Below are positions 48,715-61,049 of a stretch of 64,000 nucleotides of DNA, piece after piece (position 1 is the first letter of the stretch; each line of letters opens with the position of its first letter). This DNA is from Cetorhinus maximus (taxonomy: Eukaryota), in contig NC_135893.1 of the NCBI RefSeq assembly GCF_964194155.1, positions 58,032,001 through 58,096,000 on the forward strand, given 5' to 3'. The translations under genes and the position numbers were made by a program. The notes beneath the pieces were generated by a model, which was not told the DNA's origin, searched no databases, and saw nothing but the letters and a program-made list of their open reading frames with translations.

Positions 48715-51700
48715 GGAGAAAACAGAGTAAAGGGTGAGGATGGTGGTAAATTCCTCAAATACATACGGGAGAACTTTCTTAGTTAGCGTGTTTTTAGCCC
48801 AGTGAGGAAGGAAGCAGTGCTGAATCTAGTTCTAGGGAATAAATTAGGGCAAGTGGAGTGTGCAGTGGGAGAACATTGGATAATAGAGTTGATAATATAA
48901 TTAGCTTTAAAGTATTTTCACAAAGGAAGAAAGGAAAATCAAAAGTGAAAATAGAAATGGAATAGAGCCAATTTCAGCAATTTCAGAAGGATTATGGCAT
49001 TGGTAGACTGGAAACAAAAATTGGCCGGGAAAACAGCTAGTGAGCAATGACAGGTCTTCAAGAAAGAGATAGTTCTGGTACAATCCAAGCAAATTCCCAT
49101 AAGGAGGAAAGGTGGGGCCTCCGAGATCCCTGGATGAGGTTAAAATAACACAGAAAAGCGACGTACAGGTCGAGTATCTTTATCCATGAATCCAAAAACC
49201 GCACTATTTTGAACCTCATTGACCCTTAGTGCAGAAAGTCTCTGACCTGAGCCGACATGAAACTTGCTGACTGCACCCGACCTTTAGGGTGGGAAGTCTA
49301 GTTGTTTCTCTGCACTGTTTACCCTCTCCTACAAGCAGAATCTCAGATGACCCCACAGGTGGGATCTTATTACAGGTACCGTGTATTTATTACTCGGTGG
49401 TACATCTTACTTTTCTAGGCATTTTATTTACTTTAGACTATAATTAGCCTAGGCTTCTGCCATTGTAATATAAGTAGGCCTAGGCCTAAATGCGGCATAT
49501 GAAAACTGAAATTATCTGAAATTCAAAACACAATTGGTCCCAATGGTTTCAGATAAAGGATACTCAACCTGTATATAAGACACATGTCAGATACAGAATA
49601 TAGCAGAAAGCTAGGCAGAGTACGGAGATTGCAGGGAGAAATTGAAAAAGGATATATATAAAAACAGAGAATATAAAAGATTAGTGGGGAATATAAAAGG
49701 GAACCCAATCATCTTTCATACTTACAGTATAAGAAGTAAAAAGGTACGATGCATCAGTTGCTGAGGAAAGCTTGGGTGGAGTTAGCAGAAGTTCTGATCA
49801 CGTTCTTTCTATCCTCCTTGGATATGGGAGTGGTGCCAGAGAATTGCAAATGATACACCCCTGTTCAAGGTAGGGGATAAAGATAAAGCTGGTAAATACA
49901 GACCAGTCAGTCTAATGTCAGTGATGTGAAAACTATTAGAGGGCCATTGTCGAGGACAAAATTAATTTTTATTTGGAGAAGCATCTGTTAATCAGGATAT
50001 GTTAATCAGCATAAATTTTTTAAAAGAAAAATCATGTGATCTGATTAAGTTCTTTGAAGGTAATGCAGTAAGTATTTATATATGGGCTTTCAAAAAACAT
50101 TAATAAATTACCACGCAACACACTTAATTGGAACATATAAGCACGTGGTATATTAAAGGGAAGATGGTAATTTGGATATGTAATTGGCTAAGGGATAGGA
50201 GGCAGAGAGTATTTGTGAACAGATATTTTTCTGATTGGAGATAAAAATGCAGCGGGGTTCCCTAGGGGTTGATATTAGGACCATTGCTTTTTTAAAAAAT
50301 ATATATAAATGACCTGGACTTTGGTGTAAGGAATACAATTTAAAGTTTGAAGATGATGCAAAATTTGGCATTGTAGTCTGTCATGCCCTCCGGAGGTCCT
50401 CACCGTTTACAGCCCTGCCAAATTTTGCAGACTTGTGAAAGATGAAACATAATGTGGATACCATGAAGTGATGTCCTTTGGGAGAAACAACATGGAGAGG
50501 CAGTGTAATCTAAATGGTATTATTTTGAGGGGAGGTGTCAGGGTGTATATTTACAAATTCTTGATGCTGCAGAGCAAGCTGGTAAGGCCGTTTAAAAAGT
50601 GTATCGAAAACCTGTTTTTTAAAATAGGTAATTGAATACAAAACCAAAAATATTATTCTAAACCTTTGTAATTCACTGGCTAGACCTTGGCATCACACTA
50701 GGAAGGGTGTCAAGGCCCTGGAGAGGAGGTTTATCAGGATGATACCAGGGATGAGGGACTTCAGTTATGTGGACAGATTGGAGAAGTTGGGTTTGTTCCC
50801 CTTAGAACAGAAAAGGTTAAGGGGAGACCTAATAGAGATACTCAAAATCATGAGGTGGGAGGGTGTTGTTAGAGCAAGGAGAAAGAAATTGTTTCCTTTG
50901 GTATTTACCACCCCATCAGCCTAGTCTCATTCATCAGCTAGCTGCTGGATGGTATCATCAAACAGCAGTTAATCACCAATAACCTGCTCATTGCTGCTCA
51001 GTTTGGGTTCTGCCAGGACCACTCAGCTGCTGACCTCATTATAGCCTTGGTCCAAACATGGACAAAAGTGTTGAATTCCAGAGGTGAAATAGGAGTGACT
51101 GCACTTGACACCAAATTCAGCATTGAATCAAGTGTGGCATCAAACAGCCCAAGTAAAATTGAAGTCAATGAGAATTGGGGGAAAACACTCCATTGATTGG
51201 AGTCCTAACTAGTTCAAGGGAAGATGGTCGTGGTTTTTGGAGGCCAATCATCTCAGCCCAACTATGCAAAGGTTCCTCAGGGCAGTATCCTAGATCCAAA
51301 CATCTTCAGCCGCTTCATCAATAACTTTTCTTCCATCATAAGATTAGAAATGGTTGCATTCTCGGCAGATTGCACAGTGTTCAGTTCCATTCATAACTCC
51401 TCAGATAATGAGGTAGTTCTGTGACCACCTGCAATAGGACCTGGACAATATTCAGGCTTGTGCTGATGAGTGACAAGTGACACAAAAGCCAGGCAATGAT
51501 CATCTCCAACAACAGAGGCTGTTGGCATTCAATGCCATTACCATTGTCAAATCCCCCACAATCAACATACCAGGGACTACTATTGACCAACCATTCACCA
51601 CTAACTGAATCAGTCACATATATAATGTAGTTATAAGTGCGTATCTGAGGCAGGAAATTCTGTGGCAAGTAACTCACCTCCTGACTCTCCAAAGCCTGTC

Positions 51701-52392
51701 CACCATCTACAAGTCAAAATTCAGCTGGAATACTCTCCACTTGCCTGGATGTGTGTAAATCCAACAGCACTCAAGGTCACAGCACTTTGTTTGATTGGAA
51801 CGCTATTCATCACCTTAAACATTCACTCCTTCCACCACTAGTGCCATGTGACCTGCCTTGTGTACCATCTACAAGATGCGCTGCAGCAACTTGCCAAGGC
51901 TTCTTCAATAGCACTTCCTAAACCCACAACCTCTGGAAGGACAAGGACAGCACCACTACCTGCAAGTCTCACACCATTCTGATTTGGAAATATATCATCA
52001 TTTCCTTCACCATTGCTGGATCAAAATCCTGTAATTACCACATTATCGAGGCAATTAGGAATGGGAAATAAATGCTGGCCTTGCCACATGTGATGAATAA
52101 ATAAATATGTGAAAAAAAGAGGCCTTTGATTTAAGATAATTGGCAAAAGAACTGTAGGGGAAATGAGAATTTTTTTTCAAAGGGCTGTTCTGATCTGGAA
52201 CGCACTATCTAAAAGGGTGATGGAAACAGATTTCATAGGAACTTTTAGTAGGAATTTGGACATATATTTGACAAAAACTAATTTGCTGGGATACGGGAAA
52301 AATGCTGTGTGGGGCTTAATTCGACAGTTCTTTCAAAGAGCTGGCACAAGCATGATGGGCTGAATGGCTTACTTCTCTGCTGTAAGATTCTT
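48715..52392 (+). mobile_element. Highly decayed CR1 LINE with nested MITE and nested CR1-group fragment (about 50910-52110)
   Basis: MIPGMRDFSYVDRLEKLGLF, VPQGSILDP, FFQRAVLIWNAL fragments. Confidence 0.8.
49166..49571. mobile_element. Tigger4/MER46-like MITE
   Basis: TA|CAGGTCGAGTATCTTTATC ... GATAAAGGATACTCAACCTG|TA terminal inverted repeats with TA TSD. Confidence 0.85.
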
Positions 52393-52431
52393 ATGGAATC
52401 TCCTGTGAAGAATCATCAAATTGTATTGCAG

Positions 52432-52623
52432 GTGCCCTGTGGGTATTGATTACTGGTTCATGGGTCCCAGGTGTGACCACAGAATGACCCGGCAGAACCT
52501 GATTGGAATCGCACTTGGTGTAGTGCTCAGTCTCCTGGTTGTCATTACTGCTGTTGCGATCGCTGTCCTCAGAAGGTTCAAGGTCTTGTTGATTGAGGCC
52601 AAAATTGACCAGACGAAAAGCAG
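52432..52623 (+). CDS. Exon 8: end of EGF, transmembrane helix, stop-transfer
   Basis: ttgcag|G TGC...GCAG|gtaaga; CPVGIDYWFMGPRCD...LIGIALGVVLSLLVVITAVAIAVL-RRFK. Confidence 0.93.
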
Positions 52624-53544
52624 GTAAGAGAACACCCATCAGAGCTGGTCTCACATCTGTCAGGTGGGGTTGCATCAACTCTGGAGAAAGGGTGGGAATG
52701 GGTCATAATGGGAGGGGAGGTGCAGAGAGATCTGTGACCTATGTCTGGGTTCAGACCTCCACGTTTCCCTACAACTGCAGGGATCTGTTAGCTGAATGGC
52801 CTGCTTCTGTGCTGTAAATACTATTAATATATTGTAACAGTGACTGTCATGATATCTGCAAATTCATGGGAGCAGGGATTTAAATTCTATCCATGGCCCC
52901 TCCCCAAGAATGGGGTATCACCCAAGTGACCCCCTTGAAGGCAAATGCTTTCAACTCTGTACTCGCAATGTGCAGGATGATTCCCTGATGATCTTGCTTC
53001 CTCCGTTTTGCAATGCTGCCAGCTAAAATATCACATCTTGAAGAGCAAAGGGGATGGATTTAATTAACATGGAAATTACACCAAAAACTGTGTTGAAATA
53101 GAGAGGTAGCTGTATGGGATCCATGAGAATGGGAAGGGCAATGATAATAGTAGGACACATGCAGTAAGGACTCATTGATCATTGGGGCCTGACCTGCTTC
53201 TCGATGTAGGACAGACAGAGCTGATTTATAAGGCGTGAGCACAGCTTCATTTGCCACACCTCCGAAGGTTAATTCATACCAGCAAGTTGTGCAAATTGCC
53301 TCATTAATATGCATGGTCTATTGGTCTCTGTGCCTCTTGGTTATGTCCTTGTTGCTTTGTGCTGTTCAGATGGATTTAAAGAACTGGATTTAATAAACAC
53401 ATTTATTCTTTCAGTCAAATTACCTCACTCCCACAAGAATGCAGCAGCACAAAGGACACAAGCAAGACACTGCCTTCTCACTATCCCTATCCTCTCTGTC
53501 GTTTTCTGGCTGTAATCTGTCTCTCTACCTCACTGTGTTTCTCA

Positions 53545-54750
53545 TTCATAGAATCACAGAATGATTACAACACAGGAGGCCATTCGTCCTATCTTGTCCT
53601 TGCTGGTTGCCTGTAAGAGTAACTCAGTTAATCCCACTCCCCTGCCCTTCCCCCACAGTCCTGGGCCGGGATTTCCTGGTTGGCGAGTGGGGGGTGGGGC
53701 CACGGGCGGGATGAGGTTTCACCTAGGTTTATAAATTTTTAATAAAAGTGAAACTGAAAGTGATGGACATGTCCCCTCATGTGACAGTGTCACATGAGGG
53801 GACATGTCAGGGAATTTTTTTTTTCTGTTTTTAATATTTTTTAATGTGTAGCCAATCTCCCTGAGGCAGCACTTGGCCTCAGGGAGATGAGTGCGCTCTT
53901 TCGTGTGCATAGTGCTTCCTTGCGGACATCACGCTGGGTGGGCCTTAATTGGCCCACCCATGTAAAATGGCGGTGCGCCCGCTCTTGAACTTCCCCCCCG
54001 ACAGGGGGAAAATTCTGATCCTGCATTTTTTTCTCTTCAGGTACTTATCCAATTTCCTTTTGAAAGCCACAATTGAGTCTGCCTCTACCACACTCTCAGG
54101 CAGTGCATTCCAGATCCTAATCACTCACTGCATAATAAAATTCTTCCTCATGATTGGTTTTTTCACCAATCAACTTAAATTGTGAGCTAGTGGGAACAGT
54201 TTCTCGCTATGTACTAAGTCTAGACTCCTCATGATTTTGAACACTTGCATCAAATCGCCTCTCAACCTTCTCTTAGGAGAACAACCCTAGCTTCTCCAAT
54301 CTGTCCATATAACTGAAGTCCCTCATCCCTGGAACCTTTTTCATAAATCTTTTCTGCACCCTCTTCTCACCCTCCCTAAAGTGCCCTTAATTGGAAACAC
54401 TTCTCTATTTGAGGCTGAACCAGTGTTTTATGAAGGTTCATCACAACTTCCTTGCTTTTGTACTCTATGCCTGTATTTCTAAAGCCCAGGATCCTGTATA
54501 CCTTTTTTAATCATTTTCTCAACCTGCCCTGCAACCTTCAATGATTTGTGCACGTATACCCTCAGGTCTCTCCGCTCTTGTACCCCCTTTAAAATTGTAC
54601 TCTTTATTTTATATTGGCTTTCTTCATTCTTCCTACCAAAATGTATCACATCACACTTCTCTGCATTAAATTTCATCTACCACATGTCCGCCCGCTCCGC
54701 CAGTCTATGTCCTCTTGAAGCCTATCACTATCCTCCTCACAATTCACAAT
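53545..54750 (-). mobile_element. CR1 LINE 3' fragment
   Basis: MKFNAEKCDVIHFGRKN...ERRDLRVYVHKSLK; tail catagaatcacagaa. Confidence 0.85.
53663..54021. mobile_element. GC-rich MITE-like insertion with a central perfect palindrome
   Basis: Interrupts the CR1 tail; imperfect inverted ends GGGCCGGGATTTCC / GGAAAATTCTGATCC; 21-bp perfect inverted repeat at 53766-53808. Confidence 0.65.
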
Positions 54751-55469
54751 ACCTCTGTCTCTCTATCTCACTATCTCTTCCCCTGTCTCTAGGTCCCTCC
54801 CTTTTTACCCATCTCTTCCTTGTCACTCCCCCTCTAATGGTCACAAGGAAGAGGAGTGACTTTGGGATGCTGTGAAAAATGTGGGGAGGGAATGGGACAG
54901 ATCAAGTGGAAGGAATGGGTGGAGCGAAGAGATGGAATGTATTGGTGAGAGAGAGATGGAATGGGATCCAGACAGCTCAGCACACCATGTGATTCTGAGA
55001 TCCATGCACCAGGAAGAATCCAAGTTCCACCTTGTCTGCACATTAACCAGTCTCAGCTACCAGTCAGGGAATGAGAATTAGCCTCATTGCCTTGGGTTGG
55101 GTGAATGGGGGGTGGGGGGTGGCGGGTGTGTGGAACAGGACAGGGATGGAAGAAAATTAGCCAGGAATTATACTTAGCTGAAAAGTCATGAACAGAAAAA
55201 TAAATCTGGAAGGCTGCAGCCCAGTCAGTGAGTGCAGCAGAGTAACAAACTGGAACACAAATTCAGACAGGGGCTAATGACCAGATTTCCTCCTGACCCC
55301 TGTTTACCTAAAGCAGTTTCTTGTTTCCTGCTCCCCTGAGCTGCATTTCCTCAGCTGCTCATCTCAAACTTTTGGTTTCAGTACTAGCAACTGGTATTGC
55401 ATCACTTGGATGTGGAGGAATCCTGCTCCGGTCTTAACAATAGACTGTGTTAACTAAGGCAGCCTAAAC

Positions 55470-56105
55470 TTCCACCCAACGCTCCTCCCTCGCTCCCACC
55501 CCCTTCCTCCCTTCTCACTCTTTCTTCCCCTTCCCTCTCCCCTCTCCATTTCTTTCTCTCTCTCATCATACCCCTCTCCCCTCCCTCATTCCTTCTCCAA
55601 CATCTCCCCTCCCTCTCTCCCTTCTTCTCGCCTACCTCACTTCCTTCCCCATTACCCTCCCTTCCTCCCACGCCCCCTTGCTCCCTCCCTTCTCTTCCCT
55701 GCCTCCCCCACCTTCCTCCTCCTTTCCACTGCTCCCCCAACCCCACGTCCTCCCTGCTCCCTCAACCTCCATATCCTCCCTCCCTACCCTACTGCCCTAT
55801 CTGCTGCCCTGGTCTCCTCCCTCACACGCTTCTCCCCTCCCTCCCTACCCACCCACTCTTTCTTTCCCCTCCCTCTCTTGCTTGCTTCCTCCCCCTCTCC
55901 TTCTCCCTCCCTCTCCCCATCCCCCAAGTCCCTCCCTCTTCTCCGCTCTCACCCTCATTCTCCTCCCCTCCCTCTTCCCTCTCCCTCCCTTCCTCTCACC
56001 CATTCCCCCTCTTCCCCAACTCCCTCTCCCCTTCCCATCTCCCTCCATCCAAATCTCTCTCATCTCCTTTTCCCTCCCGTTCCCCCATCTTCCCCTCCCC
56101 CTTCA
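55470..56105. repeat. Low-complexity polypyrimidine (CT-rich) tract
   Basis: About 630 bp almost entirely C/T on the + strand. Confidence 0.9.
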
Positions 56106-57619
56106 TGAAATGCTGAAAAATTTTGGCATCCATGAAGGATCAAAGGAATTAACTGTTCAGGCATGGCATTGTCACAAGTGGATGAACAGACTGAATGAAG
56201 GAACACATCAATATGTTGCTTTGTCAGATGAGTGTTTGTAACTCTCTCCAATCCCCTGCAGGTGTCAACCCGCTGAGGAAAGTTCACCAGACCCTGGTCA
56301 ATATCCAGTGCCATGTACAAGTGACCGATGAATATGGGTTGGGTACAATTAACAACTTGGACAGATGGTGAAATTAGCCATCTAGATGGTTAAGTTACTA
56401 CGGACATGTTGAAGAGGTGGTGGGGTTCTGTCACAGGGATGGTTGCACAGTGTTTGATTCCAGGTGCAGCCACTTCTGGTGACGGCACTGAAACCTGCTA
56501 CATTCTCAGTTGAGTTTGTTGCTCAGGTGGACTTGACCATCACCTAATTCTCAGAACCAGTGTGGGGTTTAATGACAGTGCCCGTCATGCTGGCCATCAC
56601 TGTTCCATGTTCTCAAACCTGAAATAAGATTAGTTTGGGACATCACCGTCCAACATACTGCCTTTTAAGAGTCTAACCACTCTGGTATGTAGAAATTGAG
56701 GCGTGCTGGTGGAAGCGGATGTTTCCTTGACTCCAGCCTAGGCAACAGCTGAAACTCTCTCTACAAGTCCTTGAAGCCTGTCTTGAATTTTCCTTTTTAT
56801 TGTTTGAGTTTTACTAACAGGCCCCAGGGAGTAGGAGAGAAACAAAGAAATGCATAACAGCACCAGATCTATCCAACATGATATCACTTAGAAACCTTTT
56901 GGGGATCCACAGCCCAGATGGGAGTGTGTACATATGCACACACACAACACAAACAGCATATATATATCATATAGATGACTAGTGTGTGGTTCAGAATAAC
57001 GCCAACGGCATGAGATCAATTCCTGTTCTGGCTGAGGTGGATTTGGAACCTGCCTCCTTGCCTGCCCCTGAGATTGGAAGGCAATGATGAATCACCAGAC
57101 AAAAAACTGCTAAGAAAACAGCTCAGGATTAAGCATCAGCAGACAATGAGCCACGAACCTGCTTTTGTGCAGAGCACAGATAAATAAATTAGTGTATTTT
57201 TATATACACACACACATGGTTATCTTATGCCTGAGCGACGATCCCAGTGTGTGAAAGAGCAGTATCTAGCCCACTGTCCCAGCTGGTGAAAGACAGAGCC
57301 TGACCTCCCTGTAACGGTTCCATCCCCTGTGTTTCATTCAGTTTTTTTACCCTCTCCCGCTGACTTTGCTCTGAAACCAGCTAGCAGAAGGCACCAGGCT
57401 CCTGGAGACTCCATTCATAATTTTCAGTATGGACCGATCTAACTGTCACCCAGTGCTGGCAGAGCTGGAACTCAGAACTGACTAGTAGACAGAAACATGG
57501 GTAGAAACTCTTCACCCGTGCCCTGTCATCCCAGGCAAAGCTCAGACTGAGTGCTCAGGGACCAGACTCAAACACTTTCAGGAAGTGATGTTGTGACCTT
57601 TCTATTTTTCCCTCTCCAG

Positions 57620-57847
57620 TTACAAGCGCTTCAGTCGGTTTGATGATTTCTCCAATCAATACCAGTCCCAGTCCTGGCTCAACTACTCAGTCAGTTCTTT
57701 GGACAATCCTGGCTTCAGTAACTCAGATGAGCTGATCCACCTGCAGATGTTGGACAGCAGTTACTACTCCTGTCATGAGGAGTCTGTGACAGGTACCTAC
57801 AGCAGCTGGAGGACAGCCCCCCACGGTCGATCAACCTTCAGGCACAG
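57620..57847 (+). CDS. Exon 9: cytoplasmic tail
   Basis: ctctccag|T TAC...ACAG|gtaaag; phase 2-2, open; YKRFSRFDDFSNQYQSQSWLNYSVSSLDNPGFSNSDELIHLQMLDSSYYSCHEES... (not in the ORF track). Confidence 0.88.
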
Positions 57848-58005
57848 GTAAAGACCATTAGTAAGAAAACAAACTACAAATAAAAGACAGAAATTGGCGG
57901 AATTGTATAAAAGTTAGGGACAAGAAAACACACATCCAAGTCCACACTGTTCTGTCAGGGTCTGACTCTCTGGTGCCCTGACTTTCCAGTCAGAGAAAGA
58001 TAGCT

Positions 58006-58462
58006 GTACATTTATATAGTGCCTTTCACAATCTCAGGATGTTCCCAAACTCTTTACAGTGAACAAAGTACTTATGAGGTGTAGTCACTTGTAATGCAGG
58101 AAAGGCAGCAGCAAATTTATGCACAGAAGATTTCACAAACAGCAATATTGTCAATGATCATATGATAATGACCAGATAATTTTTTTTTCAGTGATGTTGG
58201 TTGATGGATAAATATTAACCCGAACAATGGGAATAACTCCCATGCTCTTCTGAATAGTGTAACTGGATGTTTTACATCCACCTGAGAAGGCAAACAGGGC
58301 CTTGGTTTAATCTCATCTGAAAGATAACACCTCCAACAATGCAGCACTCCATCAGTTAGCACTGGAGCATTAGCCTGGATTTTCTGCTTAAGTCTCTGGA
58401 GTGGGTCTTGAACCCACAATCTTCTGACTCAGAGGCTAGACTGTGACTCACTGAGCCATGGC
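58006..58462 (-). mobile_element. Near full-length SacSINE1/DeuSINE-like SINE
   Basis: Minus strand: box A TGGCTCAGTGAG, box B GTTCAAGACC, body, L2-like tail aaaggcactatataaatg. Confidence 0.75.
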
Positions 58463-59044
58463 TGGTTGAAAGCCTGTCTCTGGTGCCTAGACTCTCTCAG
58501 CCTTAAACACTACATCCTGACCTAGTAGATTCCAAATGTTTCTCTGAAATTGGGATCTCAAACTGCCTGTGACTTTTGCTACTATAAAGACATTTGTTTG
58601 ATGTTACCGGACAGGTTTACAACGATTTTTAGGATAGTAAGAGGTTAAGTTTTGCTCCTGTTTTTGAAATTCTCAGTTGGTGGGTGGATGTTGGGAAGTT
58701 TGCCACGATCCTGAAATAACATCCGTAGTGAGATTCGGGTGGTGACCAGGGCGAGAGACAAACAAACCTTCCCCACCCCAACAGACCAGCCCCAGCTCTT
58801 GTCACTCTGCATTATCAAAGGGGCTGCAGTTGCTTTTTCCTTTAACCTTAACCTTGTTAATTAAGAAGGTGCAGCTCAGAGTCCAGCCCCCAGAGAGCTA
58901 AACTGAGTTTAGTTCCCACTGATAGCACTGAATAATTACCAGTGTTAGCTCCACCCAATTAATCTTAAAACCAACACAAGTCAGTGAATGAGGGGGCCCA
59001 TCCCGTTACTGAGTCAAGGCCAGACTCCATTGAGCCTCAATATT

Positions 59045-60255
59045 TTTGTATTCTTCACAGGATGTGGGCATTGCTGGCTAGGCCAACATTGGTTACCCAT
59101 CTCGAATTGCCCTTGAGAAAGCAGTGGTGAGCTGCCTTCTTGAACCACTGCAGTCCATGTGGTATAGGTACACCCACAGTGCTGTTAGGGAGGGAGTTCC
59201 AGGATTTTGAAGGAACCAGCGATATAGTTCCAAGTCAGGATGGTGTGTGGCTTGGAGAGGAACCTGTAGGTGGTAGCGTTCCTATGCATCTGTTGCCCTT
59301 GTCTTTCTTGGAAATAAAGGTCACGAGTTTGGTGCATTCAAGAGCCTTGGTGATTTGCTGCAGTGCATTTTGCAGATGGTACACACTCCTGCCACTGTGC
59401 TTCGGTGGTGGAATGAGTGTTTAAGATTGTGGATGGGGTGCGAATCAAGCGGGCTGCTTTGTCCTGGGTGGTGTCTATCTTCTTCAATGGTGTTGGAGCT
59501 GCACTCATCCAGGCAAGTGGAGAAGATTCCACCACGCTCCTGACTTGTGCATGTATGATGCTGGGGACCTCAGGAGGAGGCTGAAATTGATCATCCAGTC
59601 AGCACTTCTGGCTGAAGATGGTTGCAAATACTTCAACCTTGTCTTTTGCACTCATGTGCTGGGCTCCCCTGTCATTGAGCCTCCTCCTTTTCCATTTAGT
59701 TGTTTAATTGTCCACCACCATTCATGACTGGATGTGGCAGGATTGCAGAGCTTAGATCTGATCTATTGCATGTTGCTTCTGCTGATTGGCATGCATGTAG
59801 TCCTGTGTCACTTCATAAGACACCTCATTTTTAGGTATGCCTGGTGCTGCTTCTGGCTCTCTTCATCGAACCAGGGTTGAAATCCCAGCTTGATGGTAAT
59901 GGTGGACTGGGGCATATTCTGGGCCATGAGATTACAGATTCTGGTTGAATACAGTTCTGCTGCTTCTGATGGCCCATAGTGTTGTATGGATACCCATTTT
60001 GAGTTGCAAAACTGGGTATCCATACGACAGATACAGACGGCAGATTTCCTTCTCAAAAGGACATTAGTGAAGTAGGTAGGCTTTTACAACAATCGACAAT
60101 GGTTTCATGGTCACCATTACTGAGACTAGCTTTTAATTCTGAATTCATTAATTGAAATGCCAGTAGCTGCCGTGGTGGGATTTGAAACCAGAGTATTAGC
60201 CTGGGCCCCTGGATTGCTCCTCCAGTGACTATTACTATAGCACCATCTCCCCCTT
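59045..60255 (-). mobile_element. CR1-group LINE pieces followed by an HE1-like SINE (about 60035-60255)
   Basis: SPLAWMSAAPT.LKK.DT.QDKAARLI; SINE resembles the copy at 42350-42700. Confidence 0.7.
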
Positions 60256-60583
60256 GGGCTGTGTTGAGTCTGCTGATCCCAAGCTGAGTGGCAGGGGAAA
60301 TAAGGGGAGGTGGAGGGGATTGGAATGTTGAGCAGGAAAGGAGTTTTGGGGAAGGCAGAGGAAAATCACCCAGGGTTTCCATACCTAATCACTAATTTGT
60401 TGGAAAGTGCACATACAGATGTAAGCAGAGGAGAGTTGCTGATGGTCATTCAGAAGCTGAGACTTCCAATGGTCAGCTGCTAACTTAGGGACACTCAGTA
60501 GTGCAATGACTTTCCACTCAGTACTCTGAATGCTGGGTGTGCCCAAATGAGTCATTTTTTTCAAGTTAACTTTTTTGCTTTAG

Positions 60584-60737
60584 TTTACAAAACAATCTGG
60601 ACGTCAGTATCAACAGCATCAATGAGCATGCTGGGGACTCCGGAAAAGCCAGTGACTTGTCTGTTTACAGCTGGCCCATTGAACCTCTCCAGTGGTCACC
60701 CTTTCCAATCCTGTACCAGCTGAGCACGGACAGACCT
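60584..60737 (+). CDS. Exon 10: cytoplasmic tail; no stop, gene continues
   Basis: gctttag|T TTA...CCT|gtaagt; LQNNLDVSINSINEHAGDSGKASDLSVYSWPIEPLQWSPFPILYQLSTDRP. Confidence 0.85.
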
Positions 60738-61049
60738 GTAAGTATTCACTTCAATCAATCTTTTTTTCTAATTTTTTTGGTATTAGTCCTCACATTATTA
60801 ACCTGGTTCCAGACCACCAGCAGGAAGCACTAGCAAACACCCATAGACAAATGCTTTGGGATCTTCTTTCTTTCCTGCAGGAAGGTGCCAATGGTTCCTG
60901 CTCAGACCAGGAAGCACGTGGAAGTAGGGCTAAGAGTGCCCATTCTCCGTGTCAGCACTCTGATGCTCAAATGCAAATACCCTACACAAATCCAAATCAC
61001 CAAAGCAGTCCAGCAGAATGGCCTGATCCTGTCCCTCATTGTACATACG

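Noticed and set aside
42772-52623. Naming the mucin-like gene MUC13/MUC17/HEG1/IMPG2
   Set aside because: Shared SEA/EGF modules only; the N-terminal CUB, tail sequence and neighbourhood do not match what I know of these genes, so no symbol is assigned.
55450-56241. Pro-rich / Gly-Arg-rich ORFs
   Set aside because: Low-complexity CT tract translations.
56262-56330. Possible extra cytoplasmic exon after cccctgcag
   Set aside because: Reaches a stop quickly in the required phase with no convincing donor; exons 8 and 9 already join in frame.
58400-58462. tRNA genes (box A/B-like sequences here and at about 18190, 19690)
   Set aside because: Heads of tRNA-derived SINEs with no complete cloverleaf.
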